A stretch of DNA of 64,000 nucleotides from an uncultured archaeon. GTDB lineage: Archaea > Nanobdellota > Nanobdellia > Woesearchaeales > CAIVOO01. Below the pieces are notes generated by a model. The model searched no databases, had not been told where the DNA came from, and saw only the letters and a program-made list of their open reading frames with translations. The DNA lies in assembly GCA_903842985.1 (NCBI GenBank), contig CAIMOB010000014.1, positions 14,897 to 78,896 on the forward strand, in the 5' to 3' direction. The position numbers and the translations under genes were made by a program. Of the stretch, positions 18,336-27,328 are shown in pieces. The stretch's first letter is position 1, and the number at the start of each line of letters is the position of its first letter.

Positions 18336-19040
18336 TCACTTAATCTTCTTCAGGAATCCAAACAAAGCATTCAACTCCCTCTTCGTCAGCATTGCCTTGC
18401 CAATCATGCGCTTCCAGAGTGTTTTCTGCGTCTGCTTCTTTTCCTTGGTTGAGAACTCCATCTTGTCAAGCACTTTGCTGACATTCTTCAGGAAAGCCTC
18501 TTTTTCCCTTTTGCCTGCAAACAGAATCTTTTCCTTTACCCTGTCACTTCCTCTTTTCTTGTAAATCTCATACAGGACAATTGCAGCTGCATGCGAGACA
18601 TTCATTGTCTCGTAATTCTTTGATGTCGGAATTGTTACAATAAAATCGCAGATTTCAATCTCCCTGTTCCTCAGTCCAATGCCCTCCCTGCCGAATATCA
18701 ACCCGATTTTCTTGTTTATCTTAACCTTGTCAGCCAGCTCTTCCGGGCTTAGAGGCGAGCGGGGGATGTTGTAGTCAGTGCCTATCTTGGCTGTTGTACC
18801 AATTAAATAATCAAACTGCTTCAGATAGCTGAAATCCTTGACTTTTGCATTCTTTAGAATCTTCAATGCAGAGTGCTTCGCCCTGAGAATAGCGTCTTTA
18901 TCCAGATGATTGCACTTCGGATTAATAAGAACAAGCTCAGCAAAGTCGAAATTTGCCATGGCCCTTGCAACTGCACCGACATTGGATGAATGCTCCGGCT
19001 CTATTAATATGACTGAAATCATATACAAAAGTAATACCAA
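18336..19040 (-). CDS. SpoU/TrmH-class RNA 2'-O-methyltransferase (TrmJ-like)
   Basis: N-terminal ISVILIEPEHSSNVGAVARAMANFDFAELVLINP matches the SPOUT TrmJ/TrmH family. Confidence 0.75.
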   Translation of the reverse strand: MVLLLYMISVILIEPEHSSNVGAVARAMANFDFAELVLINPKCNHLDKDAILRAKHSALKILKNAKVKDFSYLKQFDYLIGTTAKIGTDYNIPRSPLSPEELADKVKINKKIGLIFGREGIGLRNREIEICDFIVTIPTSKNYETMNVSHAAAIVLYEIYKKRGSDRVKEKILFAGKREKEAFLKNVSKVLDKMEFSTKEKKQTQKTLWKRMIGKAMLTKRELNALFGFLKKIK

Positions 19041-19064
19041 AACATTTAAAAATCCTCTTATCCT

Positions 19065-20090
19065 ATGCGGAGTTGTATGTCACCGCTAAAACAAATCTTA
19101 CTAAAAGAAGACCTGTTTTCAGATATTCTGGGGCAGGACAACGCAAAGAAACAGCTGAAATCAGCCCTGCTTGCAGGCAGGCACGTTCTTATTCTCGGCC
19201 CGCCAGGCATAGGAAAGACAACCCTGGCAAAGAACCTTGCAAAGATTCTGCCGGACTTGACAGTCAATGACTGCAGCTTCAACTGCCTTCCGGACAATCC
19301 AGTCTGCCCTGAGTGCAAGTCAAAGAAGCAGAAGACAAAGAAAACAAAGGGCATTGAAAGGTTTGTAAGGATTCAGGGAAGCCCTGACCTAACAGCAGAG
19401 GATTTGATAGGCGACATTGACCCGATAAAGGCAATGAAATTTGGGCCTTTGTCATTAGAAGCATTTTCGCCGGGAAAAATATTCAGGGCAAACAACGGAG
19501 TTCTCTTTTTTGACGAGCTGAACAGATGCCCTGAAAAGCTTCAGAACGCGCTTCTGCAGGTTCTTCAGGAAGGAAAGGCAACAATCGGAAGCTATGATGT
19601 TGACATCGAGTCAAGCTTCATCTTCATCGGAACAATGAATCCCAAGGACACAAGCACAGAAAGGCTGTCAGATGTTTTAATGGACAGGTTTGACGTTGTC
19701 TATATGAATTATCCGGAGACAGCTGAGACAGAGAAGGAGATAGTGAAGAGGCACGGCAAAAGCTTCAAAGAAATTGAATTCCCAAACAACATCTTGAACT
19801 TGACAGTCGGGTTTGTAAGAAACTTGAGGGATGACAGCAAGCTTGAAAAAGTTCCAAGTGTCAGGGCAACATTGGGATTGTACGAGAGAGCGCAGGCAAA
19901 TGCATTAATGAAAAACAAAAAAGTAGTCAGCTTCGCAGATGTTGAAGAGGCAATGCTTTCTGTCATTTCACATAGGATAAGATTAAAGCCAACTGCAGAA
20001 TATCTTCAAAGCCCTGCTGAATACATAAAAGACGAGTTCAAGAAGTTTGCAGAGCACAATAAAATAACTGAAAAGGGTGATTATCCGTAG
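19065..20090 (+). CDS. MoxR-like AAA+ ATPase with a Cys-rich (zinc-ribbon-like) insertion
   Basis: Walker A LILGPPGIGKTTLAK and Walker B/sensor VLFFDELNRCPEKLQNALLQVLQEG. Between them is the insert CSFNCLPDNPVCPECKSKK. Confidence 0.7.
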   Translation: MRSCMSPLKQILLKEDLFSDILGQDNAKKQLKSALLAGRHVLILGPPGIGKTTLAKNLAKILPDLTVNDCSFNCLPDNPVCPECKSKKQKTKKTKGIERFVRIQGSPDLTAEDLIGDIDPIKAMKFGPLSLEAFSPGKIFRANNGVLFFDELNRCPEKLQNALLQVLQEGKATIGSYDVDIESSFIFIGTMNPKDTSTERLSDVLMDRFDVVYMNYPETAETEKEIVKRHGKSFKEIEFPNNILNLTVGFVRNLRDDSKLEKVPSVRATLGLYERAQANALMKNKKVVSFADVEEAMLSVISHRIRLKPTAEYLQSPAEYIKDEFKKFAEHNKITEKGDYP

Positions 20091-21282
20091 CAGAGAGGAA
20101 ACTGAGCAGGCAGCTGCTAAATTAGGCAACCTTGAAGAGATTGAGGAGATGTCAGGCAAGCTTGAGATGCAGAATCTTGAGCCTAAGCTGATGCATTCTG
20201 TTATTGAAAACGACAAGGAAATAATTGATGAAGGCAAATTAATCAAGGAAGCATACAACCAGGGGCTTTCAAACTTTATCCCTGACATTATGTTTGAGCA
20301 GCTGGTAAAGAATTTCTCAATGGCAAAGCAGATTTACGGCGAGACAATCATTAAGCTTACAACAGGCTATGACGCAGATTATATTGAAAAAAATATCAAG
20401 ATTCCTGAGTTTCAGAAGGTGATAAAGAAGGCAATAGAGGAAAAGGTAAAAAAGCTGAAAAAAGATAAGGTGCTGGATAATGAAAATTCATTAAATGACG
20501 CTTCTTTGGAGCTCGCTTCAATGATAATGTATCTTGAGGAGCTTGATAATATAACACCGAAAGGCATTTACGGCGAAAAAATACACAAGAAAATCTCGCT
20601 TTACGGCGACAAGGAGGATTACAGGAATTTCACAAAAGATACAAGATACAGGGACATTGCAGTCAAGCATTCTGTCAAGACAGCAATAAGAAGAGGGCAC
20701 GAAAAGCTTGAGATGGTTGATTTGAAGGCATTTGAAAGAGGAAGCAAGGGAAAGGCAGTCATAATCTATGCAATGGATTCATCAGGCTCGATGAAAGGCA
20801 AGAAAATTGATTCGTCAAAAAAAGCAGGCATTGCTTTGGCATTCAAGGCGCTGAAGGAGAAGGACGAAGTTGGCCTGATTATATTCGGAGACGAGCTAAA
20901 GGCAGTCATCCCGCCGACACAGGACTTCGCAAGACTGCTCAAGGAAATCACAAGGATAAAGGCTTCAAAGGAGACAAACATTGCGCTGCCGCTGAAGAAA
21001 TGCATTGAGCTGTTCCCTTCAGAGGATGTTACAAAGCATTTGATTCTACTCACAGATGCAATCCCAACTGTAGGCGAAGAGCCTGAGAAAGAAACAATAA
21101 ACGCAGCAATCGAAGCAAGGGAGAAAGGGATTACAATTTCCCTGATTGGCATAAACTTAGATAAGAAAGGAAAGGAGCTGGCAAAGAAGATTGTCGATAT
21201 CGGGCAAGGAAAACTGTACATTGCGAAGAAATTGGATGAGATTGACAAAATAGTATTGGAAGACTATTATAATATTGTATAG
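20077..21282 (+). CDS. von Willebrand factor A domain protein (MoxR partner)
   Basis: MIDAS-like [13 protein letters not shown]...HLILLTDA. The MoxR-VWA pairing is a well-known arrangement. Confidence 0.7.
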   Translation: MIIRSREETEQAAAKLGNLEEIEEMSGKLEMQNLEPKLMHSVIENDKEIIDEGKLIKEAYNQGLSNFIPDIMFEQLVKNFSMAKQIYGETIIKLTTGYDADYIEKNIKIPEFQKVIKKAIEEKVKKLKKDKVLDNENSLNDASLELASMIMYLEELDNITPKGIYGEKIHKKISLYGDKEDYRNFTKDTRYRDIAVKHSVKTAIRRGHEKLEMVDLKAFERGSKGKAVIIYAMDSSGSMKGKKIDSSKKAGIALAFKALKEKDEVGLIIFGDELKAVIPPTQDFARLLKEITRIKASKETNIALPLKKCIELFPSEDVTKHLILLTDAIPTVGEEPEKETINAAIEAREKGITISLIGINLDKKGKELAKKIVDIGQGKLYIAKKLDEIDKIVLEDYYNIV

Positions 21283-21317
21283 ATAAATTTATAAAACAAC
21301 TAATCTGGTTAGAAAAT

Positions 21318-22256
21318 ATGAAGACTATTTTAGTGACTGGCGGGGCAGGGTTCATAGGAAGCCATTTGTGCGAATACCTTCTTCATAAAGGTGATTTTGT
21401 AATCTGCGTTGACAATCTTTTTACAGGAAGCAAAGAAAACATAAGACATCTTCTGCAGAACAGCAATTTCAAGTTCATAGAACATGACATAATAGACCCT
21501 TTGCACATTGAAGACAGGAAAATAGACCAAATCTATAATCTTGCCTGCCCAGCCTCACCTGTTCATTACCAGTTCAATCCAATAAGAACAATAAAGGCAA
21601 ATACACTTGGCGTCATAAATGTGCTTGGGCTTGCAAAAAAACACAAAGCAAGGATTCTTCAGGCGTCAACCTCAGAGGTTTATGGAGACCCGACAGAGCA
21701 TCCGCAGACAGAGAGCTACAGGGGCAATGTGAACACAATCGGGCCGAGGGCATGCTATGATGAGGGCAAGCGGGTTGCTGAAACATTATTTTTTGATTAC
21801 CACAGGGCGCATAAGCTTGAAATAAGGGTTGCGAGAATATTTAATACATACGGCCCGAGAATGGCAAAGAATGACGGAAGAGTTGTCTCAAACTTCATTG
21901 TGCAGGCATTGAACAATGATGACATAACAATTTATGGCAGTGGAAAGCAGACAAGGTCATTTTGTTTTGTTTCTGATTTAGTTCTTGCGCTTCACAAACT
22001 GATGAATGCAGAGAATTTCACAGGGCCGGTAAATCTTGGAAATCCAGAGGAGCTGACTATGACCGAAATTGCAGAGAAAATAATAAATCTGTCTGGCTCA
22101 AGGTCTAAAATGGTTTTTAGGCCGCTGCCTGAAGACGACCCTAAACAAAGAAGGCCCGACATATCGCTTGCAAAAGCGAAGCTTGGCTGGCAGCCGTCTG
22201 TGAAGGTTGATGACGGCCTGAAGAAGACAATTGATTATTTCAGGACAGTATGCTGA
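21318..22256 (+). CDS. NAD-dependent epimerase/dehydratase, UDP-glucuronate decarboxylase (UXS)-like
   Basis: [10 protein letters not shown] Rossmann motif and YDEGKRVAE catalytic region typical of UXS/dTDP-glucose dehydratase-type SDR enzymes. Confidence 0.8.
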   Translation: MKTILVTGGAGFIGSHLCEYLLHKGDFVICVDNLFTGSKENIRHLLQNSNFKFIEHDIIDPLHIEDRKIDQIYNLACPASPVHYQFNPIRTIKANTLGVINVLGLAKKHKARILQASTSEVYGDPTEHPQTESYRGNVNTIGPRACYDEGKRVAETLFFDYHRAHKLEIRVARIFNTYGPRMAKNDGRVVSNFIVQALNNDDITIYGSGKQTRSFCFVSDLVLALHKLMNAENFTGPVNLGNPEELTMTEIAEKIINLSGSRSKMVFRPLPEDDPKQRRPDISLAKAKLGWQPSVKVDDGLKKTIDYFRTVC

Positions 22257-25200
22257 TTATTTCCTCTCCTCAAATGGATTAACAAACTTGATTTTCTTGA
22301 ACTCCTTTTCATAAATCTCAGGCATCTTCTCCATTGTGAGTATTCTTTTCTTCCATACCTTGTGTGTGTAATGCGTGAGCGCGAATGTGATGTCCTTGCA
22401 TAGCTCCATAGGCAGATTGTATGTACCTTGTATCAGCTCAGCCTTCCACTCAAATTTTTTCTCAAGCTCGAATGCAACAAGATTTTTCAGCTCTTTGTAT
22501 TTTTCGCAGTTCTCCCTTAGAGTGTAAATCTTCCTGTATTCCCTTATCTTGTTCTCGCTGATTAATTTTTCAATTGTTTTGCTGTCTGCTACCAATACTT
22601 TTTTTGGCCAGAAAAGTATGAATAATGAAATCAACAAAGTAATTAATTTGATAATGATTAATGTGATGAAAATTATTTTAATTGTTTCGCTTCCGCCAGA
22701 ATTTGGAGCTGGGCTCTCTTTTTCTGGCGCTTTCTCAGGAGATTTTTCCTCTGTTTTTGCTTCAGCTAATTTTTTCTCCTCTTTTGCAGGTGTTCTTATG
22801 CCAGTTTCGTTTTCCTTTGGTCTTGTTATCAGTGGCGCAACGCCTCCGCCTTTCTTTTCTGTTGTTCCGCCGCTTGGCGCAGGCGTGCTGCTTGGCACAG
22901 CAACTGTTAAATTGTAAATCAAAGAAGCGCCTGTATTTCCAAGCTCATCTGTGCAGTTTACGCTCCAGTTGTACTTTCCATTGGTCAGTGTTCTTGTGAA
23001 GCTCTGCGCCATGCCTTTTGTTATTGTTGTGCCTGTTAAGATTATTGCTTTATTTATTATTAACGAGCAGTTCGAGATGCTGCTTGCATCGCTTACATTG
23101 TAATTGAATGTTGTCGATGCAGTTGTCCTTTTTGTGTTGTTTGCAGGCGACTCAAGCGAAACATCCGGCGCAGTTGTGTCCCTTATTGTTATGTTTATTA
23201 TTATTGAGCGCCTGTTATTCAGCGTGTCATTGACAGAGATGTTCAGCCATTTTGTTCCTATTGGCACTGATGTGCTCTCTTCTATTACGCCCGATGTTTT
23301 GTTTATCTTGAAGTAACCAGTGTCATTAATCCAGTACTGGCTTATGCCACTTGGGTCTGTCGCATTTACTTCATAGTAAAATATATCTCCTGCCTCAAGC
23401 GTCTTGTTTTTAGGCGTCTCTACCCATACGGGAGGGGTTGTGTCAACAATAAAGAATATCTGCTCTGAAGCGATGTTTTTTGAAGTGTCATTTGCATAGA
23501 TGGTTATGTTATTCAATCCTTCCTGACCTAAGAATGTTATGTTCTGGCACGAAGGAAGGTCCAGCCTGCTTCCTGTCACATTCACATACCAGCACTGCGA
23601 GACAGCTGTCTCGTCGCTGACAGTGTAGTTGAGAGTTATTACATTTGAATTGTGAAGCGAGTTGTTCTGCGGCAGAGAGACATCCAGAATAGGCGCTGTT
23701 GCATCAAGTGTGAAGACGATTGGGGTATCTGTATTTGCAGCGATGCTCTGCTTTGGGTTAACTGAGATGTTGTATACCTTATTATAATTTGCCGGAGTGA
23801 AATTCAGTTTTGCATTCACGAAACCATAGATATTAGTGTAGCCATACCATATGCTTTTGCTCCCGTTTGTCACATTCACCAGCCTGTTCACAGCAAAGCT
23901 TCCGTTTGTGTAGTTTACAATGACAGGATAGTACCTTAATAATTTGCCAGTGTACACCCTTACATTGCTTGGCATGTCAACATAGCCATAAATTTTTGGT
24001 GTATTGTTATATACTCTTACAGAGTTTGTGATGTTTGATTTTGGAAGCGTAAAATTAACTACCGAATTTCCCATAATATATGTAAGGTCATTAAAAATAC
24101 AATTCTTGAATTCGTTCTTTGAATAATTCAGTGTGTACATTCTGTTTTTGAAAGTAGAATTCTCAACGAAGTTGATGGAAGAATCTTTGAAATATGCATA
24201 ATAGAGTGCAGTAGAATTAATTATGGTGTTTACTGAATAACCCCCAAAATGCAATTGATCATATGTTTTAATATTTTTGATTAGGTGATTCTTGTTTCCT
24301 GACATATGCAGCTCAGACCCATTCAACAGGCTGTTTGTCAAGTTTAGATTGCCATAGACCCAAATTTTAAAATAGAATAATATATTGCTTCTGATAACAG
24401 AATCTTTTATATTTAGGCTGGCATTTTCACTGACATATATATTTTGATTGCCCGGCGCCTGAATTAGTGTGAATGTTGTGTTTTCAAGCGTCAAGGTGCT
24501 TGTATTTTCCAAGATCAGCGTCTGGTTTTTGAAATATAATATAGTATTGTTGCATATAACATCTGCATTCTCAATTGTCCAATTCGTGCCTGGCGGAGGC
24601 AGCCCGCAGCCAGGAAGAACATAAATATCGTCAGAAGTTTTGAAATATTCATAATTCGTTTCATTGCAGCTTATATTGTAATAGTAAGGTCCTGCGATTG
24701 TGAAGTTTCTTCTGAACTCAAACAATTTTGTTGATGCATTGTAATTCATCTGATTATTTAGGTCAGAGAAGCTTATGTTGCAGCTTCCTGCTGTTACTGG
24801 CGCTCCTGAAGTTCTGTTTGAGTAGTTTGCATAGAATGTTATTTCTTCGTGCGTTGTTCTGTTCATCCAGCCGCCTTCTGGGTCGTTTTCGTCAAATATT
24901 TTTAATTCTGAATTCGTTCCTGCGCTGTAATTCGAGAAACCGGCAACTTCAAATGTGAAATTCTCGCTATCATATCCTCTGCTTTTGCAGTTGGCGCAGA
25001 CAGCCCCGTTCTTTAGGGCAATAGGCGTTTTCTTGAAACTTAGGCTGTAGATTGTCAGATTCGCAGGCTTGTTAAATTCAGAATATTTGCTTGCGTTCAT
25101 ATAAACTGAATTAGCTCCAATCCTGAACGCCTCCGAAGCCCTTGTCAGGTCAGTTGTGCTTCCGAACTTTACCTTGCCATTCTCGGATTTCACTGAATCT

Positions 25201-26957
25201 TCTGTTGAATTTACCTGCAGGACAGCATTAACTGCCTGAAGAACATCTATTCGCGGGAATGTCAGGCCGGTTCTTGAAATGAAAACATTGGTTCTTGTCT
25301 TCAGCAGCTCTCTTACAACACTTGGAGTCGCATTTTTATGGTTAAGCAGCTTTTCCTTCTGATAAATCAATGCAGCAGCGCCTGCGACATGAGGAGTTGC
25401 CATGGATGTTCCGTGTTCTGTACGATAACCAGAGGCGCTGCAAAAAGTGCAGCTGCCTTTTGGCACAGTTGAATTTATCAAGTTTCCCGGCGCAAGCAGG
25501 TCGAGTATTCCTGCAGTTTTTGTGAAAAAGGAAATTGTGTCTACTGTTGCATTTATCGTAGAGCCGTCATTGGAAGAACCAACAGAAGTTGCATTTGGAG
25601 CACAGGCAGGGTATATAATTCCATTATTTCCTGAATCATCAACCACATTGTTTCCAGAAGCAGCCACAACAAAAATATTATTTGCAACAGCAAAATCAAT
25701 ATCATCTGCTATCAGCCCCCCATCAGGCGCTCCAGTGCCATGGCATTGTGTGTAACGATTGGTGTAATCTCCGTTGTCCCCCAGACTCATCGTTATTATG
25801 GAAATATTGTATCTGCTTTGGTTGTTAATGCACCAGTCAATGGCTGCAGCAGTAACTGACAGCGAGCCAGTCCCGTTTGAGTTCAATGCTTTGACCGCAA
25901 TAATCTTTGCATCAGGTGCAACACCTTTTAATTTACCATTTGCAGCAACAATCCCTGCAACGTGTGTTCCGTGGCCGTTGTTATCATAGGGATTATTGTT
26001 TTCAGAAGTGCAGTTTTCATCTGCGCAGAAATTATGCCCGCCAATTATTTTTGAATTGGGGAAGCTGTTTGAGCCGCCGAAATCAGAGTGATTGTATGCA
26101 ATTCCTGTATCAATGACACAGACGCCAACGCCTTTTCCTGTCAGGTTTATCCCGTTTACTTTCTCGCCCCACACCTGGTTTGCCTTTATCAGCGGAACAC
26201 TTTCGCTTAAGCTTATATGAACTGGCTTGTCCTCAACTATTTTTTTGATATCCTTATTTTCCTCTAATTTTTTAAGCTCGTCTTCAGTGACGCTCAATGC
26301 AAGCGCATTGACATTTGAGTATTTTTGCTTGATTTTCGTTTCATTTTTATTAAATGTCTTCTCAATCTCCTTCTGCGCAATGCCTATGTTTTCCCTTCTT
26401 AGTTTATTTTTGTCGCCTGAAACAGCAAACTTCTTTCCTTTCGGCTCGTTTAGTACGACAATAACATTAAACCTTTTCTCTTTCCTGGTTTCGCTCAGAT
26501 TCTTTTCAATCTCTGGCTTCCTTTTTTTCTCAATCCATGTTAAGTTCTGCACAACATAGCTTGCCTTTTTCAGCTCAAGTGTTCCATTTAATTTTATGAT
26601 TAATTCAAAGCTTGTCTGGTTGAATTCGTCGATTGAGCAGGTTTCTTTGCATTTGTCTGCAAAATTTTCAGAACTGCTGGCTATCAAATATGTTCTGTTT
26701 GCAGATTTAAGATAAATCTCAGCACTTCCGTTAACATTTCCAGTCAGCTTGAAGCTTGTCAATCTTGGAACTCTTGGCGATTCAAGGTTAACTGTCAAAT
26801 TCATTGAGGAATTCAATGTCAAATTAATGTCTTTTTCATAGCTTAAATCATTGACATTCTGCCAGAACAATCCAGTTATATTTGGATTAGAGAATGCAAA
26901 GACTAGCGCAACTATCAAGACAATGCCTATGCCCACTTCTTTTAGCTTTAGCCTCAT
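22257..26957 (-). CDS. giant cell-surface subtilisin-like (S8) serine protease/adhesin with C-terminal transmembrane anchor and cytoplasmic tail
   Basis: Signal peptide. The S8 catalytic triad motifs are VIDTGIAYNHSDF (Asp), HGTHVAGIVAAN (His) and GTSMATPHVAGAAALI (Ser). Long N-glycosylation-sequon-rich beta domains follow, then a T/P/E/K-rich linker, one hydrophobic helix (IIFITLIIIKLITLLISLFILFW) and a charged cytoplasmic domain of about 110 aa. Confidence 0.8.
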   Translation of the reverse strand: MRLKLKEVGIGIVLIVALVFAFSNPNITGLFWQNVNDLSYEKDINLTLNSSMNLTVNLESPRVPRLTSFKLTGNVNGSAEIYLKSANRTYLIASSSENFADKCKETCSIDEFNQTSFELIIKLNGTLELKKASYVVQNLTWIEKKRKPEIEKNLSETRKEKRFNVIVVLNEPKGKKFAVSGDKNKLRRENIGIAQKEIEKTFNKNETKIKQKYSNVNALALSVTEDELKKLEENKDIKKIVEDKPVHISLSESVPLIKANQVWGEKVNGINLTGKGVGVCVIDTGIAYNHSDFGGSNSFPNSKIIGGHNFCADENCTSENNNPYDNNGHGTHVAGIVAANGKLKGVAPDAKIIAVKALNSNGTGSLSVTAAAIDWCINNQSRYNISIITMSLGDNGDYTNRYTQCHGTGAPDGGLIADDIDFAVANNIFVVAASGNNVVDDSGNNGIIYPACAPNATSVGSSNDGSTINATVDTISFFTKTAGILDLLAPGNLINSTVPKGSCTFCSASGYRTEHGTSMATPHVAGAAALIYQKEKLLNHKNATPSVVRELLKTRTNVFISRTGLTFPRIDVLQAVNAVLQVNSTEDSVKSENGKVKFGSTTDLTRASEAFRIGANSVYMNASKYSEFNKPANLTIYSLSFKKTPIALKNGAVCANCKSRGYDSENFTFEVAGFSNYSAGTNSELKIFDENDPEGGWMNRTTHEEITFYANYSNRTSGAPVTAGSCNISFSDLNNQMNYNASTKLFEFRRNFTIAGPYYYNISCNETNYEYFKTSDDIYVLPGCGLPPPGTNWTIENADVICNNTILYFKNQTLILENTSTLTLENTTFTLIQAPGNQNIYVSENASLNIKDSVIRSNILFYFKIWVYGNLNLTNSLLNGSELHMSGNKNHLIKNIKTYDQLHFGGYSVNTIINSTALYYAYFKDSSINFVENSTFKNRMYTLNYSKNEFKNCIFNDLTYIMGNSVVNFTLPKSNITNSVRVYNNTPKIYGYVDMPSNVRVYTGKLLRYYPVIVNYTNGSFAVNRLVNVTNGSKSIWYGYTNIYGFVNAKLNFTPANYNKVYNISVNPKQSIAANTDTPIVFTLDATAPILDVSLPQNNSLHNSNVITLNYTVSDETAVSQCWYVNVTGSRLDLPSCQNITFLGQEGLNNITIYANDTSKNIASEQIFFIVDTTPPVWVETPKNKTLEAGDIFYYEVNATDPSGISQYWINDTGYFKINKTSGVIEESTSVPIGTKWLNISVNDTLNNRRSIIINITIRDTTAPDVSLESPANNTKRTTASTTFNYNVSDASSISNCSLIINKAIILTGTTITKGMAQSFTRTLTNGKYNWSVNCTDELGNTGASLIYNLTVAVPSSTPAPSGGTTEKKGGGVAPLITRPKENETGIRTPAKEEKKLAEAKTEEKSPEKAPEKESPAPNSGGSETIKIIFITLIIIKLITLLISLFILFWPKKVLVADSKTIEKLISENKIREYRKIYTLRENCEKYKELKNLVAFELEKKFEWKAELIQGTYNLPMELCKDITFALTHYTHKVWKKRILTMEKMPEIYEKEFKKIKFVNPFEERK

Positions 26958-26958
26958 T

Positions 26959-27228
26959 TTATCCTACATAATCTATTTTGTGCGTTTCTCCTAACAGCTC
27001 AACTGAGTACTTGTCAAACTTGACATTCCAATGGTTAAAAAATTCCTCTATGTCCTGTGATTTACTATCCAAGACAATGAAACAGCCAGGAACAAGAAAA
27101 CGGCCTCTATGTTCGCCAACAACTCCTTCATGGCCATTCCTTCCTTTAAGGGCCTGTACAAATTTGACTTTTGTAAGATTATCTAGCTGAGAAATATTGT
27201 AAACATATATTACCTCTTTTTTGTGCAT
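26959..27228 (-). CDS. hypothetical protein (translationally coupled upstream of the S8 protease gene)
   Basis: An 89-aa ORF whose stop lies 2 nt before the protease start. Confidence 0.4.
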   Translation of the reverse strand: MHKKEVIYVYNISQLDNLTKVKFVQALKGRNGHEGVVGEHRGRFLVPGCFIVLDSKSQDIEEFFNHWNVKFDKYSVELLGETHKIDYVG

Positions 27229-27328
27229 ATCAGTTAACCTATTAACTTAAAACTAATATTTAAATCTTTCGGTTAATAAGTTAACAAATTAAAAAGAATT
27301 TGATGTTTTTTGTTAATGAATTAACAAA

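Noticed and set aside
22549-26559. Several 70-120-aa plus-strand ORFs inside the S8 protease gene
   Set aside because: They are antisense artefacts of a long, compositionally biased gene.
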